Assembly: GCA_008369845.1 (NCBI GenBank)
Contig: MRSU01002770.1
Location: 1 to 54,828, forward strand
DNA: 54,828 nucleotides
Direction: 5' to 3'
From: Trichomonas gallinae
Lineage: Eukaryota
Shown: one piece after another, positions 10,058-20,969 of the stretch
Layout of the letters: the number at the start of each line of letters is the position of its first letter
Position numbering within the stretch: position 1 is the first letter of the stretch
The notes under the pieces: model-generated
Database searches by the model: none
What the model was told of the DNA's origin: nothing
Seen by the model: only the letters and a program-made list of their open reading frames with translations
Program-made: the position numbers and the translations under genes

Positions 10058-13000
10058 CTAATTAGAAACATAAGAACTGATCTTAATTTCGATAAATGAA
10101 AGATCAAGTCCAAGATCGTTTGAAAATGGAACAGAAGGTACATCTGAGATAAGTTCGGCTGCTGATGTAGGCAGAATCAAGCAGTTTTCGATGGCAAGCT
10201 GGATGACTTTGGACAGTTTGACCATTATGTCACTTTGTGGCTCGATTGACATTTGTGGCCTGATTTGCTTTGAACCGGGTTTTTCGTTAACATCTGGAAG
10301 TGGATGCAGGCAGACGTCCAAATCATCACCATCGATAATAACTCCATGTGTCGGGTAGATGTTTTTCTCGGAGAAATCGAGAGAGAATCCAATTGCGTTA
10401 TGTAGATGTGCATCGTTGTCTTCATCGTTGACGAAAATGACTAAAGCTGTCTCGCATGTTGCGTCAATGACTAAAGCACCAGACACACCGGAATACAAAG
10501 GTGTTGTGATAGATAATATGTCTTTCATTGGGCTGAATGAAGACTCATTCAAATCAGGTAACTCGAAATTCTCGTCGATGATTAAACCTATGTAAACAGC
10601 AGCATAATGTCTGTACCTCACTTTTACCGTGTCCTTGAATGACATTGAGCGATTCAACACGCTGTCTTCTGTGAAGAGCATGATTGGCATTGCTGATGAT
10701 CTATATTGGTTGATGAGCTTCGAAGAGTTAATGTACTGCTCTTCATAAAATGTTTCTCTGGCAATAGAACGAAATTCGATAACGAAATATTTTCCTGAAG
10801 TTGTTTCGACGTAAGAAACTGATGTCTTCAGATCTATTGGCGTTCGATCACTGCAGCAGCCTGTAACAGTTCTCGAGAACATTGACGCTGCTTCGTGATT
10901 CCTTGCAAGTTCAATTTGCCTGTAAAACTTCTTATCGTTGTTCTTCCAAATTTTCTCTGTCATTGGAACTAATGTTTCAATGTTTTGGCCGTATAATTGT
11001 TGTGCTTTGTATCCAAATATCTTGAGAACTTCTCTGGTGAAAGCGATGATAGAGAGCTTATCATCCAAAGCGACAACAGCGACCCCACTTGAATCGTAAA
11101 TCTCGAAGAAAGGAAGAACTTCTCTTTGTGATGCTTCTGTTTCAGTTAAATCTGCGACATAAGAAACCAAGCATTGATGCTGGATGATGAACAAAGGACT
11201 TAATGCTGCGATTTGTCTGCCTAATTGGTTCTCAACGACATACAAAGTAAACAACAATTCATAGAAAACGATGAAAGTGAATAAAGCGAAACAAGCGAAG
11301 AAAGCATATTTCGTTCTATCAATGAACTGATACTCATTGACAGTAGATGATGAAAGATTTACAATACTTCCTGCCAAATGCTGCAAATCTTGAAGAATTG
11401 AGTCTAAGTATAGGTATTGTGTATGTGCAAAATCTCTTCGAGAGATATTTTGCTCTTCAGTCATTCTCGACGTGAAGTATGTCAAGAAATTATAGGTGAC
11501 CGTGGAACTGTAGCATGAAAAGATGTCAGCGATGTGAGATTCGTTATTAATGACGCAAGAGTAATTCATCAAATGTTCGAATAAAATGTCTGATCTATAT
11601 GATTTGAAGAATTTCGCTTGCAATGTATGCATCATTGTAGTTGCCGCTGTATTAATCTCGCTTTGATATTCACTCAAGTTAACAGATGAATTTTCTGGAA
11701 GGGAAACTAAATGATTTTCAAGACTTCCAATTTTATGTGTCAGGTTCTGAATAGCAATTAAACTCTCGCCGTATCTGATGATTTCATGTGAAGTATCGTT
11801 CAACGCGTAAATTATCAAGAAGTACAAGCCGATGAAAACTGCTATAATGAAAATGTAGCCAACAAAGAATATGAAGATGTCCAATGACCAAATTCCTTTG
11901 TCTACTGTTTCTGATAATTCTATTTCTATCTGTTGATTAGGATGCTGCGATGGCCTGAAATGATTTGCAATGATTCTACAGAAATATTTAACAATGCATA
12001 GAGTAATTGTGAAAGTTGCCAATAAGCAGAAAAGCATCACTGCAATTTGTATAATAACATATAATTTCGTGAAGTTCGATGAACCTTCTTTTCTTGCTTC
12101 GAAGACAATTTTCAGCTCATACAAAGCTGTATTCATCTGATATGCAACTATTCTATCTGACTCGAATATTGTTGGCCATATTTCCATCAATGCTTCGTAT
12201 AATTCGTCTTTCGTTAAGTTTTGATTGTGTGATTTGATGCTCATAAGATAACTCGCTGTCGATGAAATGAACTGATCAAGGGAAATTGTGTAGTTCGTGA
12301 GATTAACTCTAGGATGGAATAAATTTTTCTTGAATCCTTTATAACCGGCATCTTTTGGATCCAGTTGGATGACCTCGTATTCAGTTTGACTTAAATCATT
12401 CTGTAAATCATGTAAAATAGTTGACATGTTTCTGAAAATTGTCATCGTTGATGAAGTAAACGTTCCATGTGGCAACTGCGAAAGACGGCGGATTTCCCAG
12501 CACCTCATGTTTGATAAACTAGTATTTGCCCAGAAAGCATCTAACATGTATGAGATTTTAAGCCACTGAGTTGTCAACAACTGTAAGCCATACAATATTT
12601 TAGGAATCGTTTGATGATTTGTCGATTCAACTTGCTTCCACTTCAAAATCACGTAATAAACAGCTACTGTTGCTATCCATATTAAAGAAATGATGAAAAT
12701 TGCGGCTAAGCTCAATGGCTTTTGAGCGAGCTTCTTGATGTTTTCCGAAATCCATTGTTGCTGTCCATTTCTCAGTTCTTCGTCGCTGCTGCTTGATGAC
12801 GACGAATGGACTGATGTTGATCCATCTGAGTTGTCTGAGACGCTCATCATTATGTCATTGTCGTTCATTGAATATCTGTTGATGTCGGAAACTTTTGTTT
12901 CGTTTCTTATGATAAATTTCTTGAAAAACTCGTTGTACAAAGTGTGAACTTTTGAGTGCGATGGGAAGAATGCTTCATACAGTCTGAAATCGTAGCACAT

Positions 13001-14308
13001 TTCATCTAAAAGGTTCTTTAATAGTGAGGCCCTTCTGACAGCTAAATATGCCTGCCCATGCATAGATGCCTTCCAGAATTTGTCGCTTAAATTCTTGAAT
13101 TCCTGGATTCTTCTGTCGATTGTATCTACGCCACTCAATAAGCAGACGAGCTTTGATGAGTTTGTGTAGCGTTTGTATAACTGATAAACTAAAAATTGAG
13201 TGATTCTTGGTAAGTTTGGCGTGTTTGCGAGTTCTGTAACCATAGTATCCAAATCTTGTCTGTGGACATCATATGCTATCTGCAGTGCGACTAAAGATAT
13301 CATGTTACTTGGTGACTGATCGTTAAAATACGCTTCATCCATCATAGAAATGATGTTCTTTGATAATTTTGACGTGTAAAGTGCTCTTTGGCAGATGTAA
13401 AGTATATCCCTGACAGAAGATTTCGAGAAATTTGAGCTTTCGATCATTCTGTCTGTTTTGACGTGTTTCCATCTAATTAACAAGGCTGTTACTATTAACA
13501 CGAATATCCACACGCAAACTATCATGATGGCGAAGTAAATTTCCTTCATATACTTTAGATAAATTTGTGTCATGATTAATACCGAAAATATTGATGCAAC
13601 TATGTGCGATGACATGACTGCCCAAAATCTCCAGGGATTGTTGCACGGTTTCACCCAAACAATGACTGTTTTATATAAACTGTAGATGCAGATGACTACT
13701 TCGGCTTCTATAATTGCAACATCGTTTTTCGCCGATACTGTGAATAAAGCAAGCAAAAAGTAGGCTAAAATGGTCCAAAACAAGCCGTTTCCATAAGGAA
13801 TTGTTGTAGTAATATTATGTCGAAATTGAAATTGAGAGCTATAATAGATTGGCAGTGCCCAATAAGTGAATATTAGTAGTGCAATAAAAAGTAATGCGGA
13901 TATTAATAAGCTTGTAAGCGATAATACTTGAATTGCAGGATTTGTCAGTAAATTATATGAATCGTATGCAATTGAAAGAATAATTGGAAATAATAGGTTC
14001 ATTGGATGTATGTTAAATAGGAATTCGTGAATTAAATTGACCCAAAGAGGTAGTGTTCCTGTATTTTTGAAATATTGAAAACATAAAAAGGAAAATACGA
14101 ATATGCATAATGATAATATCAAAATTCCAAGCACTGAGACGTAATTTTTCGTAACTATATCGTTATATGTTTGATACGTGATTAATATTGTAAACATATT
14201 TGCTAAAATTCCGTTTCCTTCGTTGTAGAATAGCTTTCTGCAAAAGAAAGGAAGTAGTGGAAAGATTGATATTTGAACATTTAGGAAAACCCATTTTAAT
14301 TCTTGCAT
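10058..14308 (-). CDS. Multi-TM PAS-domain protein, transmembrane-cyclase-like with degenerate cyclase domain
   Basis: Same architecture as the neighbouring cyclase (N-terminal TM bundle, Ser-rich linker, further TMs, PAS FTREVLKIFGYKAQQLYGQNIETL) but no recognisable catalytic motifs. Start placed at ATG 14308; the frame is open to an ATG at 14419. Confidence 0.8.
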   Translation of the reverse strand: MQELKWVFLNVQISIFPLLPFFCRKLFYNEGNGILANMFTILITYQTYNDIVTKNYVSVLGILILSLCIFVFSFLCFQYFKNTGTLPLWVNLIHEFLFNIHPMNLLFPIILSIAYDSYNLLTNPAIQVLSLTSLLISALLFIALLIFTYWALPIYYSSQFQFRHNITTTIPYGNGLFWTILAYFLLALFTVSAKNDVAIIEAEVVICIYSLYKTVIVWVKPCNNPWRFWAVMSSHIVASIFSVLIMTQIYLKYMKEIYFAIMIVCVWIFVLIVTALLIRWKHVKTDRMIESSNFSKSSVRDILYICQRALYTSKLSKNIISMMDEAYFNDQSPSNMISLVALQIAYDVHRQDLDTMVTELANTPNLPRITQFLVYQLYKRYTNSSKLVCLLSGVDTIDRRIQEFKNLSDKFWKASMHGQAYLAVRRASLLKNLLDEMCYDFRLYEAFFPSHSKVHTLYNEFFKKFIIRNETKVSDINRYSMNDNDIMMSVSDNSDGSTSVHSSSSSSSDEELRNGQQQWISENIKKLAQKPLSLAAIFIISLIWIATVAVYYVILKWKQVESTNHQTIPKILYGLQLLTTQWLKISYMLDAFWANTSLSNMRCWEIRRLSQLPHGTFTSSTMTIFRNMSTILHDLQNDLSQTEYEVIQLDPKDAGYKGFKKNLFHPRVNLTNYTISLDQFISSTASYLMSIKSHNQNLTKDELYEALMEIWPTIFESDRIVAYQMNTALYELKIVFEARKEGSSNFTKLYVIIQIAVMLFCLLATFTITLCIVKYFCRIIANHFRPSQHPNQQIEIELSETVDKGIWSLDIFIFFVGYIFIIAVFIGLYFLIIYALNDTSHEIIRYGESLIAIQNLTHKIGSLENHLVSLPENSSVNLSEYQSEINTAATTMMHTLQAKFFKSYRSDILFEHLMNYSCVINNESHIADIFSCYSSTVTYNFLTYFTSRMTEEQNISRRDFAHTQYLYLDSILQDLQHLAGSIVNLSSSTVNEYQFIDRTKYAFFACFALFTFIVFYELLFTLYVVENQLGRQIAALSPLFIIQHQCLVSYVADLTETEASQREVLPFFEIYDSSGVAVVALDDKLSIIAFTREVLKIFGYKAQQLYGQNIETLVPMTEKIWKNNDKKFYRQIELARNHEAASMFSRTVTGCCSDRTPIDLKTSVSYVETTSGKYFVIEFRSIARETFYEEQYINSSKLINQYRSSAMPIMLFTEDSVLNRSMSFKDTVKVRYRHYAAVYIGLIIDENFELPDLNESSFSPMKDILSITTPLYSGVSGALVIDATCETALVIFVNDEDNDAHLHNAIGFSLDFSEKNIYPTHGVIIDGDDLDVCLHPLPDVNEKPGSKQIRPQMSIEPQSDIMVKLSKVIQLAIENCLILPTSAAELISDVPSVPFSNDLGLDLSFIEIKISSYVSN

Positions 14309-16210
14309 TGGAGCAATGGAAGGGCTTTTTTTCCCTAAGAAATCGAAAAATAGGAAACTTCTAGGAAACTCCAACACGTTTTTTCCTGGAACATTTCCAT
14401 ATTTTAAAACGGGCTTCATATTAATTACAAAATTGACAATAAAATTTTCTTTACATTATTAGTTTACATGTCAAAAATTTTAATTTACAAGTTTTTTTTC
14501 TAAATTACGCATTGAATCTTCAAATCTTGCGAAAACCACATAGTAATATAAAATTAGAGTTTGGCTTAAAAATTACTGAAGAATTAAAATAAAATTTAGT
14601 TCATTAATCATTACTTAAACTGCTTGGTGATTCATCTTTGAGATGCTTATTATTCCTCTTTGTTCATTTTACGAGCATGTTTGCAGCCTAAAACGCAAGC
14701 AACAACAATATCCCTTTTCATGAATTATGCTCTAAGGTATAATGTTGTGTCAGTCTCAGGATTAAATATCAACACATCTGGTTCAGATTCGACCATGTTC
14801 ACATCCGAATGTGCATATGAATATGTTACGATTGTCTGATAACTGCCTCATATTTGTCTAGCATATGCGTTCATTCTTTTTAATAGAAATATCATGAATT
14901 ATTTTTGTTTTGGTAAAGCTGGTTAGAGATGAATCATTTAACATTGTGGGATTATTGTTGACTGCGAAAATTCCTAATGGTAAATATCTTTGTCCTTTTA
15001 GTGTTACTTTTTCAATTCCAAAATAGAAACCTCTTTGATAATAATTACTGTAATATTGTATATAAACCTGATTTTCTTAGGAAAATCAAACTTTCACATC
15101 ATAAATCGAAAAATAACTCAATGAGTATAATGTGCAGCCGAAATTGAGCTTGTGTTTAGTAATATGAAAAGGAAACTCTAACAATCAAATTGAGAAAGAA
15201 TTCAGCTTTCCTTTTAACCATGATGATCACAATGCAATTCCGGACTCAATATAAGAAAACCTTCAAAATTGCTATACAAGAAAATTTGGTATATACTCGA
15301 GGTGTATGCATAGTATGAGCATCAGATATTCCACGGATATTGCAAAAAAAAACGTTCCAAAAAAATGGTTTTGTCAAAAAAATTGAGAGGAAGGGAACCG
15401 GTTTTGAATTTCTCGATGGTTTTTGAATATTTTTGCAAAACTAAATTGCATTTGTATAATATACCAATCATATATTATTAAAATAATATTTAAAATATAT
15501 GTCATCATAATTTTTATTGATGAAAATAAAAATTGCGAATAATCACGAGATATTTTAGGATTTTACTCATATAGACTAGAAAAAACAAAGTATCAGTTCA
15601 AAGATACTACTTTCCATCAAAGATTCGCTGCTGAACTTCAAAATACCAAAAACCTATCATAACTTCAAAAATAACTCAAGATAGAGCATATTTGCTAAGA
15701 TTTGACTTGATGATATATTCATAACTAGTAAGATATGTTAAATTTAATGGAGCATATTTGCGTTTTTTCGATAATGGATCAAATTCGAAATATCAAATCT
15801 CTGACTTTTTCACAGTATTGATATACTTTCATATATAATTGAGGGGATGCTAGTTCTCATATGATATGTGTTAATAGAATAGTTCAATAGTGTTTATTTA
15901 TTGAGATAATTGCCGGTTTTGACCACCATAAAAAAAAAAACAAAAAGGAGCCCGCCCTTTATATACAAATAGAATAATCAAGTGAAATTCATTTTATGAG
16001 AATAAATAATTTCATGATTTTTTTTTTTTTTTTAATGATGAAAAATTTACTGCAAATCATCCCAACATTTTTTGTCAATTCGTCTCAAAAATTGAATAAT
16101 AGGCGACTGAAATTTAATATCGTCTTTATTCGGCTTAAATAAACTATGAGTATTTCTCTACAAAATTTATTCATCGAATTAAAATTTAAATAAAACACTT
16201 CAAATAAGTT

Positions 16211-17173
16211 TTGTTTTATAAATTAATTCTCAGCAGGCACGACCCTAGTTGGGATCAATTTTATGGGCACACTATCAATTGTTCAATATCTAATAGGCCA
16301 AGATATATCGATTCCCCAGGAAATTTCTACATTAAGGAAATAACTTTCGTTAATTTCCGTAAAAATGGTGTGATTAATATCGCAGATAATGCCAATAACT
16401 CCATATTGATATCAAAATCCTTTTTTTACAGCTCTTTCTCAATGAATAACGGCGGCTCAATCAACATAAAAGGAGGGTCATGCATTCAGTATCAAGTTTG
16501 TAGCATCAACTCTTCTATTCCATCCAACAACGAACTTGGATCACATTCTTATGTTGCATCAGAAGATAAAAATTATGTGATTTTCAGCACAATTTTCCTT
16601 TGCAAAGGATACTCTGGCTCAATTTATCTAAGAAATGGAGATCAAATGATTCAATCAACAAATATATCTTATTCAGAAAGTTTTCAGGCTGCTGCATATT
16701 TTTGTAAAAACCCCTCCAATCATATAGTCAATCTCACACTGATTTATAACAACACAGCTGAACAAAATTCTATAATGTATCATGAGGACAGTAGTCACAC
16801 TGTTCATTTTTGCAGCATTATTCAGAACAGCTGTCCGAACTCTGGTGGAATTCTTGCAGGTTTAAATGTTACTGAAATTGAACTTGATAATGTTGAATTT
16901 AAATCTAACACAGAACTTTCAAGATTGTTTTTTGATTATACAGGATTACTCAATTTAGGCCCATTTAGTGGAATTAGGGTACTATCAACACCTCATGGCG
17001 TTCAAGTCCAATCCTATCCTCGTCACGATTTTATAAACTTCAATCTTACGCTTTATACATCACAAAAATGTAATCTTGAATTTCTTTTATTCATATATAA
17101 ACAGCAGTTTTCTGAAGACCCACATCCATATCAGAATTCTATTCAATGGTTTAAGAGAAAAATAATGGATTAA
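16211..17173 (+). CDS. Hypothetical Cys/Asn-rich beta-helix-like protein (expanded trichomonad family); start codon defective or uncertain
   Basis: 320-codon open frame with NGGSINI, CIQYQVCS, STNISY motifs shared with the ORF at 38914; begins at TTG two codons after an in-frame TAA. Confidence 0.6.
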   Translation: MFYKLILSRHDPSWDQFYGHTINCSISNRPRYIDSPGNFYIKEITFVNFRKNGVINIADNANNSILISKSFFYSSFSMNNGGSINIKGGSCIQYQVCSINSSIPSNNELGSHSYVASEDKNYVIFSTIFLCKGYSGSIYLRNGDQMIQSTNISYSESFQAAAYFCKNPSNHIVNLTLIYNNTAEQNSIMYHEDSSHTVHFCSIIQNSCPNSGGILAGLNVTEIELDNVEFKSNTELSRLFFDYTGLLNLGPFSGIRVLSTPHGVQVQSYPRHDFINFNLTLYTSQKCNLEFLLFIYKQQFSEDPHPYQNSIQWFKRKIMD

Positions 17174-17401
17174 TAATCTAAATCTTTTCCAAATCAAACC
17201 TGATAAATATATATTTATTGCACATCTTGAGTAAACCATAATTAATTATTCTATAGAATCATATAAGAAGAAAAGCATATGTTGTTTCATTTTACTAGGT
17301 CATTTAGTTGATTAATAGCCAACTCGTGCTTTAATTTAAAAAATATTCCTTCATGAAGTTTGGAAATAATGATTTTTGAACTAAACATGGATAATAATAA
17401 T

Positions 17402-19816
17402 TTACTGAATATTATTTAAAATTACCTGCGCATATGCACCAAGTTCTGGTGAAGCGAGGAGAATATTAAGTGTCTCTTCGATTTCTGCATCAATAATTTC
17501 GTCAAGAGCCTCATCATGATATGATAGAGTTGACAAAAAAGGCAGAACGTACTTCTCCCAGCCGCCCATCTGCTTCAATAAAGCGACCGATAGAGGAAGG
17601 ATCTGCAGGTAATCATCACTCCACGAAGTCCGTGCAAGGGACTCTGCAGAGTAAATGCAGCCGGCGACAGTTGTCGTGTCGCCCATCTCAAGGCAAGTAC
17701 GGAAATAAACTGATAAGAGTTCGAAATCCGTAGCTGCATTGATGAAGGCTGCTGAATTCAAATAAGAAAATACATAATTAACATCGGCAATGAGTTTTGC
17801 GTTTTTCAAAACGATAACGCGTTTCAACAATTCTAGAGATGATTCATCCGAAGATAGAACTCTGATGTTTCTCTTGTTATGCAGCAACATAACGAATAGT
17901 CTGAACGTTCCTTGTATGTTAGGCAGATTTAAAGAGGACCAATCTTCAATTGTTTCAGCAAGTTTCGTTGACACTGATTCATTCTCGCATAATCTGCAAA
18001 GCAGCAAAGATGCAATTTCAAACTTTTTGGCCGCTTCCATTATAGCAGACATCATTTGAATAGTTGGCACTATATTTGATATCCTTGATAATATAGAAAG
18101 AGCGAATTCAACTGATTCATCTTGTTGAATTAATGAAACAATCGAATCCTGATTGATTTGTATGTTTGGATCAATTGATGATATAAATATATCTGTTGCT
18201 AGTTGCGGATGTATTTGTAAACGAATCGCTTCAAAGAGAATTGACTGCAGATATGGAAATCTCGCGTATTTGAAATCTTCATTCAAAGAAACAACAGTAA
18301 ACAGAAGCCTGAGATATTCTTTGGATGATTCCGCATTCAAAAAAAGTTGATATGATGATAATAAATAATCTGAAATATCTGAGAAAAACTGATTCCTCGA
18401 ATGTCCGCATAAATATCTGTGTATAATACATAGTATTTTGTGTGGATATGCAGGAGCCAGTGAAAATATATGGTCAACGTGAGATTTGTTGATTGCTGAT
18501 GGATAAGAAGCGAAAACTTGCAAATAAATGTCAAGTATCAAATCAATCAAAACATTTCTGTTCAATGGTAAAACATAGAAAAGATTTGATTCAACGAAAG
18601 AGGAAAGTGCAATAGGAGACTCCCAAATTAAGTCTTTCGCGCTTTTGACGATTTCATATAAGACATCATCTGATGGATTTTTTTCGATGTTTTTGCATAA
18701 AGTCTTGAAAAACTCTAATGTACGAAAAGGTAGCATGTCTTTTTTCACAGAATTCAGTGCCTTGATGAAATCATTGGATTTACAACTTGGAAGAGATGCT
18801 AAGTCAAAATCTTCTATTTCAAATTTGCTTGGCTCAAATGGATGAACAGATTTGAAATCAGGTGGAATTGAATATCGACGCGGATGCTGTTTAACCATCT
18901 CTAAGTCTTCATATGGCACGTCCATGTTGTCTACACACTCTTTCATGAATCTGTTGAGCTCATTCATGTCTGTATCTGGAAAATGAACTTGTTCTTCCAT
19001 AAATTCTTTGTAAATGCGTCCAAACGATGGCCTTTCTTCTGGTTTATGTGTCCAACACTTAGTTATTAACTTTGATAATGAGTTTGGAGTTCGAGATGGC
19101 AATTTTGGTCTTTCTTGTTTTTTACAAACTAAATATGCGATTTGGACTGGAGGAACACCTTTAAAAGGATAAGATCCTACTAGAAGCTCCCATAAAACCA
19201 TTGCATATGAATATACATCAACTTTGTTAGTATACATTGATCCTTCAAACAATTCCGGCGCCATCCAATGTGGTGTACCGATATTTACTGTCAAAAGCGT
19301 CTGAGCATTCGTAACAAAACGAGATAAACCAAAATCGCAGATTTTTGGATAGAGTTGCCTATCTAAAAGTATGTTCAATGATTTCAAATCTCTATGTATT
19401 ACGCGCATATGATGTAATCGTTTCATTCCGATCGCAATTGCAAATGCAATTTTTGATTTTTGTGTTCCTGTTAATACAGGAGCATCACCAACATGATGTA
19501 GTGCGTTATATAGTGAGTTCCCCGATGTATAAACTGTGATAATAGCATAAGGATAAACAGTTGTAAATCCTATGAAGCCAAGAATAAATCTATTTTTCGC
19601 ATTTGCCAGAATTTTGATTTCTCTTTCATAAATTAGAAAAGATTCTTCGGTAAGTTCTTTTTGTTTTAAAATTTTAATCGCGACATAAATTCCTGTTGAT
19701 TTTTGAAGCCCAAAATATACTTCACTATATCCACCATGTCCTATTACACGACCGATATCGAAATCACTGAAGGAGACTACATATTTAGGGTAATCTTCCT
19801 CAAGAGATTCCAACAT
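17402..19816 (-). CDS. TKL-family protein kinase with helical C-terminal region
   Basis: GHGGYSEV, VAIK, HRDLKSLN, DFG, GTPHWMAPE, DVYSY all intact; ATG at 19816 with a TCATA Inr-like motif upstream. Confidence 0.93.
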   Translation of the reverse strand: MLESLEEDYPKYVVSFSDFDIGRVIGHGGYSEVYFGLQKSTGIYVAIKILKQKELTEESFLIYEREIKILANAKNRFILGFIGFTTVYPYAIITVYTSGNSLYNALHHVGDAPVLTGTQKSKIAFAIAIGMKRLHHMRVIHRDLKSLNILLDRQLYPKICDFGLSRFVTNAQTLLTVNIGTPHWMAPELFEGSMYTNKVDVYSYAMVLWELLVGSYPFKGVPPVQIAYLVCKKQERPKLPSRTPNSLSKLITKCWTHKPEERPSFGRIYKEFMEEQVHFPDTDMNELNRFMKECVDNMDVPYEDLEMVKQHPRRYSIPPDFKSVHPFEPSKFEIEDFDLASLPSCKSNDFIKALNSVKKDMLPFRTLEFFKTLCKNIEKNPSDDVLYEIVKSAKDLIWESPIALSSFVESNLFYVLPLNRNVLIDLILDIYLQVFASYPSAINKSHVDHIFSLAPAYPHKILCIIHRYLCGHSRNQFFSDISDYLLSSYQLFLNAESSKEYLRLLFTVVSLNEDFKYARFPYLQSILFEAIRLQIHPQLATDIFISSIDPNIQINQDSIVSLIQQDESVEFALSILSRISNIVPTIQMMSAIMEAAKKFEIASLLLCRLCENESVSTKLAETIEDWSSLNLPNIQGTFRLFVMLLHNKRNIRVLSSDESSLELLKRVIVLKNAKLIADVNYVFSYLNSAAFINAATDFELLSVYFRTCLEMGDTTTVAGCIYSAESLARTSWSDDYLQILPLSVALLKQMGGWEKYVLPFLSTLSYHDEALDEIIDAEIEETLNILLASPELGAYAQVILNNIQ

Positions 19817-20421
19817 CAATTTTTTTATGATAAAAACAACAAGTATTGACTATATAGAGCCATTTTCTAGATGAAAAACTATGAGTTTCTCAATTTTTTG
19901 AAAGATCAAATTATTCAAACACAAAGCTCTGATTCAATCATATTTCAAATATACACAACATTTTCTTTTAGTTTTGAACAATTAGATCCAAATTAGCTCC
20001 AAATTAAAAAATTGACAAAATAAAAAATTCTTTTCAATCATTTTAAGCATGATAAGTAACTTAATCTATAAAGATAACACATAAATCTTTCTTCCTAATA
20101 ACTATATCATAACATCAAAAGTAATAAAATTGATGTATACTCATATTGTAAGGATGCTAAGTTTCAGATGTATCATGATTTGTCGATTGAAAAACTCTTT
20201 CAATTTTATTCAGTTATCCTATATAACGTACCTCAGAACTCACCTAAAATAAAACGGCGACTAATTGAATGCTTTACATGGCAATTTGTCAGTCGCTTTT
20301 AATAATTTTTAAGGTTAAAAGCCGATATAAAAATCATTAAATTCTGATTTACAATGAGTCTATATTTTTCCACAGATGTATATTATCAAATGTTGATATT
20401 GGAGTTTATAGTCATCACCAT

Positions 20422-20580
20422 TTATTCGAATAAAGTCATGGTGATTCCAATAAATACGGTGATGACTAAATATCCTATTGGATCTGCATTCTGGCAAATT
20501 GACGAAGGACGATAGTAAATTGGCGATGGTCGGCAAAAGTTCTCAATTCTCCTGGCAAAATCCCCTCAATTTATAAACTT
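20422..20580 (-). pseudogene. Remnant 3' end of a surface-protein gene
   Basis: Minus strand encodes CRPSPIYYRPSSICQNADPIGYLVITVFIGITMTLFE*, similar in style to the Cys/Pro plus hydrophobic tail of the 53713 BspA; upstream frames are broken. Confidence 0.3.
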
Positions 20581-20969
20581 AAATTGATGAAATGATAATT
20601 CCGAATCAGCTTCAGACCATTGTGGATATCACTTCTTGCTTAGCTAATAATCAATGCGATGAAATAATGCTAAATCAAATATTCGAATACATCAATCATT
20701 CCGCAAACATTTTTTCTTCTTTATTATACGTTGCCATATTATGCATATTATATGAAAACGCATGGTAGAAAGCTATTTCTTATATAAATCCAAAATGGGT
20801 TTGGCAATCTGACATCGTAAAAACATCAGTATTTGTAAAGTGTCAAATCTTTCGATTCACAACAAAATATTCCTACAAGTCGAAAAGCTTTCATTATATA
20901 TTATATATAGATAAAAAATATTAATATTTAAGCATTAAAATACAAAATTATTTAAATAATATACAAGTT

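Noticed and set aside
14600..15330. Coding-like fragments in the long intergenic region
   Set aside because: Probably a decayed gene, but there is no sustained frame or recognisable motif to support a call.
20409..20468. Hairpin TAGTCATCACC-ATTTATT ... AATAAAT-AC-GGTGATGACTA as a possible structured RNA
   Set aside because: It overlaps what looks like a decayed coding 3' end; short, with no other ncRNA evidence.
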